Source of the DNA: Hormiphora californensis
Lineage: Eukaryota > Animalia > Ctenophora
Length of the DNA stretch: 64,000 bases
Reading direction: 5' to 3'
Assembly: GCA_020137815.1 (NCBI GenBank)
Contig: CM035350.1
Location: 2,666,001 to 2,730,000, forward strand
The position numbers were made by a program, and so were the translations under genes. Position 1 is the first letter of the stretch. Every line of letters begins with the position of its first letter. Of the stretch, positions 61,135 through 64,000 are shown piece by piece. The notes beneath the pieces were generated by a model that was not told the DNA's origin, did not search any database, and saw nothing but the letters and a program-made list of their open reading frames with translations.

Positions 61135-61976
61135 AATTATTAAACAAACACACAGAAGTCACAACTCTCTGAACAAATCGATAAGTTTTCTGTGGTTTTC
61201 TGAAAACCCTGGGTGGCGCCCAGCTTACTACCAGTCAATAACTCATTTCTGCAGATCATACACACAGACAGTGAGACATACATGCGAACCATTGCTACAG
61301 ACATACGAATCATTGACTACAGATATACAAGTTATAACCTGACAGCCTGATAATATAGCTATCGTTGGACAGGGGAAATAAACTTCTCATCTTCACATTG
61401 TGATCACCACATACCTGAAGAATAAAGTTCTTCTTTACTAGCAGGAGAAGTTGGTAAAAGAGTGATTTACCCATATTAGGGTATGGCCAGTTCCCTGTCC
61501 ACCCTCACACGTGGGAGAGCTGTGGTGGAGCGTGGTCTTGTCACACCAAAAAGACTTAGATCAAGCTCATGCTATAGTGAAATGGAAAGAGGGTTAGTCA
61601 TTTATCATTTTATTTTTATGAGCTTAAGAAATTGCGAAAAAGGATTTGAAGTTTTACTAAGCTATTATGTAATGTAGTTAGATGGTTGCTGGGAGGGGGG
61701 CAATTGAAGATAAGAAAGAAAACGCAGAACCATTGAAAACATAAATTGTTGTATAATAAATTAAAATTGGGTCACGATATATTATAACAGTTTTAAACAA
61801 TTTACTATAATAAACGGTAAGAAAATAAGAAATGATAAAAACAATAGTCCGATGTTGACAACTAGATAAGCGAGCGGTGTTTAAATGGTTACGTCAGTTC
61901 TCTGACAACCATTTAATAACCACTCCCTTCACTTCAATATTACTAAATTAGTTCCCTCAACTCATGTCGCTTCCCT

Positions 61977-62145
61977 CTACTAGGAATGAACCCTCTCACA
62001 GCCCCACCCTTTCTTCTACTAGGAATGAACCCTCTCACAGCCCCACCCTCTACTAGGAATGAACCCTCTCACAGCCCCACCCTCTACTAGGAATGAACCC
62101 TCTCACAGCCCCACCCTCTACTAGGAATGAACCCTCTCACAGCTC
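61977..62145. repeat. 34-bp tandem repeat, about 5 copies
   Basis: Unit CTACTAGGAATGAACCCTCTCACAGCCCCACCCT. Confidence 0.9.
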
Positions 62146-62876
62146 CTCCTCACAGCTCTCAACAGGAACGACAAGACCACAGGAACACTTTTGTACCATC
62201 TGCCCGGTGACTTTGTCCTTTCTCCGGGATCTAGCAGGAAACACATGGACATGACCTGATCCGCCTTTCTTCTTTCCCTTGCCCTTCTTCCCTTCTCTCC
62301 TCCCTCCTCCCCTCCCATGTCGTATCTCGCAATGATCCTCTCTTTGATCAACAGCCCCTTAATCAACATTTTCCAGTTATCCCAGATCCGCTTCTGCCTC
62401 TTTTCCTCTACCTTGCAGCCTGGTTCTGACTATGTTCCTGCCACGCAGCCCGAAGGGTCTCCCCGTGTTCCTCTCCAACCACGACCACCCCGCTCGTAAC
62501 AGGGACAGCCCTACACCTGGGAAACTCGAAGCCAATAACAGCGTGTGCGGCGTCCATACCAAGCCTGCGGGCCAGGGCGTAACTACCAGGTAGGTCAACA
62601 TGAACCGTGCCGATTGGTAACATCCAGGGCTGGTAGAGATCAACATTTCCATACTCATTCCTGGGGACCTTACCATCAACGGCGGTGGGAGGTTGGAACC
62701 ATTGGGTCTGCCACTCCCCATAAAGTGGTAAATCCTTCCACTGTGTCCCTGGGTACCTGTACAAAGGATCATGCTTACAACTTATAGGGTATCATAATGC
62801 TTTCAACTGCGACCTCCTTGAGATTAGGGATCTGTTCAGAGTTGCACACACTCTTGGATAACAGGGTGGTTTTTGA
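62121..62876 (-). CDS. XPC: XPC/Rad4, 3' part (BHD2-BHD3 and C-terminal helix), on the opposite strand to the 5' part
   Basis: LPLYGEWQTQWFQPPTAVDGKVPRNEYGNVDLYQPWMLPIGTVHV..ARRLGMD..AVIGFEF..PVTSGVVV, then (after a slip) RIWDNWKMLIKGLLIKERI; these are hallmark XPC C-terminal motifs. The true stop position is uncertain. Confidence 0.9.
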
Positions 62877-62934
62877 TCACGTGACTGGTTATCAGCCAAT
62901 CAGGGATAAATATTCCTGATTCGGTCGGTTCCTG
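62876..62934. mobile_element. Half copy of the CAGGAACCGACCGAA-type element at the XPC breakpoint
   Basis: TCACGTGACTGGTTATCAGCCAATCAGGGATAAATATTCCTGATTCGGTCGGTTCCTG. Confidence 0.75.
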
Positions 62935-63159
62935 CTACCAGGCATAAGGACTGAGAGGTAGGGGGACCAGGTGCAACGTTACTAATGACATGAAAAATCC
63001 TGAGAAAACCTAGATCATTGGATAATTATGCAATTATTATACCAAAAACTAATAAAATTAGTCGGTCGAAAGGTGGCCATTATTCAGATTGTCACCTTTG
63101 CAAGCACATCCGGGTAACGATAACAAGTTTTCGCTCATATAGTATCTTTTGTATCTCAC

Positions 63160-63830
63160 GATTTTATTGTGACTGTATATCTATATCTCTAAGAACATGT
63201 CACTATTCGTCTGGTCTATATATTCTGGTCTACCTATCCGCTCGTGATATCTCTCTCTCTCTCAGTCCGAGAGAGCAGGAGAGAGCGAGAGTTAGAGAGA
63301 GAGAAAGCTCATCGATGCGATGAAAGCTAGAGTGCAACGAGCGTTCCATATAGAAGAGCGAGAGAGCGATGCAGATAGAAAGATATTATATATAGATAGA
63401 TATATCTCATCTAGATGATCGAAAAGCTATTATCCTCTTTAATCTTTCTCGCACGCTATTATCTCTCGAACGTTCTCTATCCTCTGTCTCGCACGCATCT
63501 GCTCTCTATATATTGCTCTATCTATCGCCTATATATCTATATATATCTCTATATATCTCTTTCTCGCAAGATATATCTTTCTAGAAGATATGTATCTTCG
63601 CACGATATCTCTTTCTATCTCTCTCTATCATTTCGAGAACGCGCTATCTCTTTATTCGAACGGCTATCTCATCTCTCTACTCTCCTCTCTCTCTTCTTTA
63701 TCTCTTGATGTTCTATTTAGTCTGTCTATCGATATCTCTCTATAGTCTATTTCTCGCAACGCTCTCTCTTCTCGCACGCGATATCGGCTCTCCTCTCTCT
63801 ATCTATCGTCTCTCTATCTCGCTCTCTAAC
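63160..63830. repeat. Degenerate CT/TA low-complexity sequence (probably low-quality consensus)
   Basis: Scrambled TCTC/TATA/GAGA tracts without a stable period. Confidence 0.6.
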
Positions 63831-64000
63831 CTCCTCCCTAAACAACGAGTTCACCTGCCTGGTAGCCGGTGGGTGCTCGTTAATAAACCCAACCGGTGTT
63901 TACTAATTCCACACTTTCCAACTCAGCCACTTTATAGTTAGGGGGGTTGGCCGATATTGGCCTTGAATATAAATAGTGGTAAACACACTGACATGGAGGG

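Overview
Compact, repeat-rich animal genomic DNA, most likely from a ctenophore. It carries a recurrent ~95-bp CAGGAACCGACCGAA-type element whose translation (KQPIRTRYLGxVTGY) I recall from Pleurobrachia gene models, and many start codons sit just behind unpaired splice acceptors, as expected under spliced-leader trans-splicing. Contents in order: a small hAT-like MITE abutting a CR1/L2-type LINE with intact ORF2; a tightly packed + strand run (small TM ORF, LicD/FKRP-like transferase, GPKOW, synergin-gamma, ZC3H3, RNF146 with an intronless antisense proline dehydrogenase nested inside its RING-coding region, and a PHD protein); a multi-exon minus-strand gene (38670->29359) that reconstructs as an EFF-1/AFF-1-like cell-cell fusogen (fusexin), the top finding; a calmodulin-like gene; an atypical kappaB-Ras-like GTPase; and an XPC gene whose two halves lie on opposite strands. 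Several satellites (32, 34, 41, 49 bp), nested MITEs and foldback elements fill introns and intergenic space. Many single-copy genes carry 1-2 nt indels that look like consensus errors, so frameshifts are not taken as proof of pseudogenes. All family assignments are by eye from remembered motifs, with no database search.
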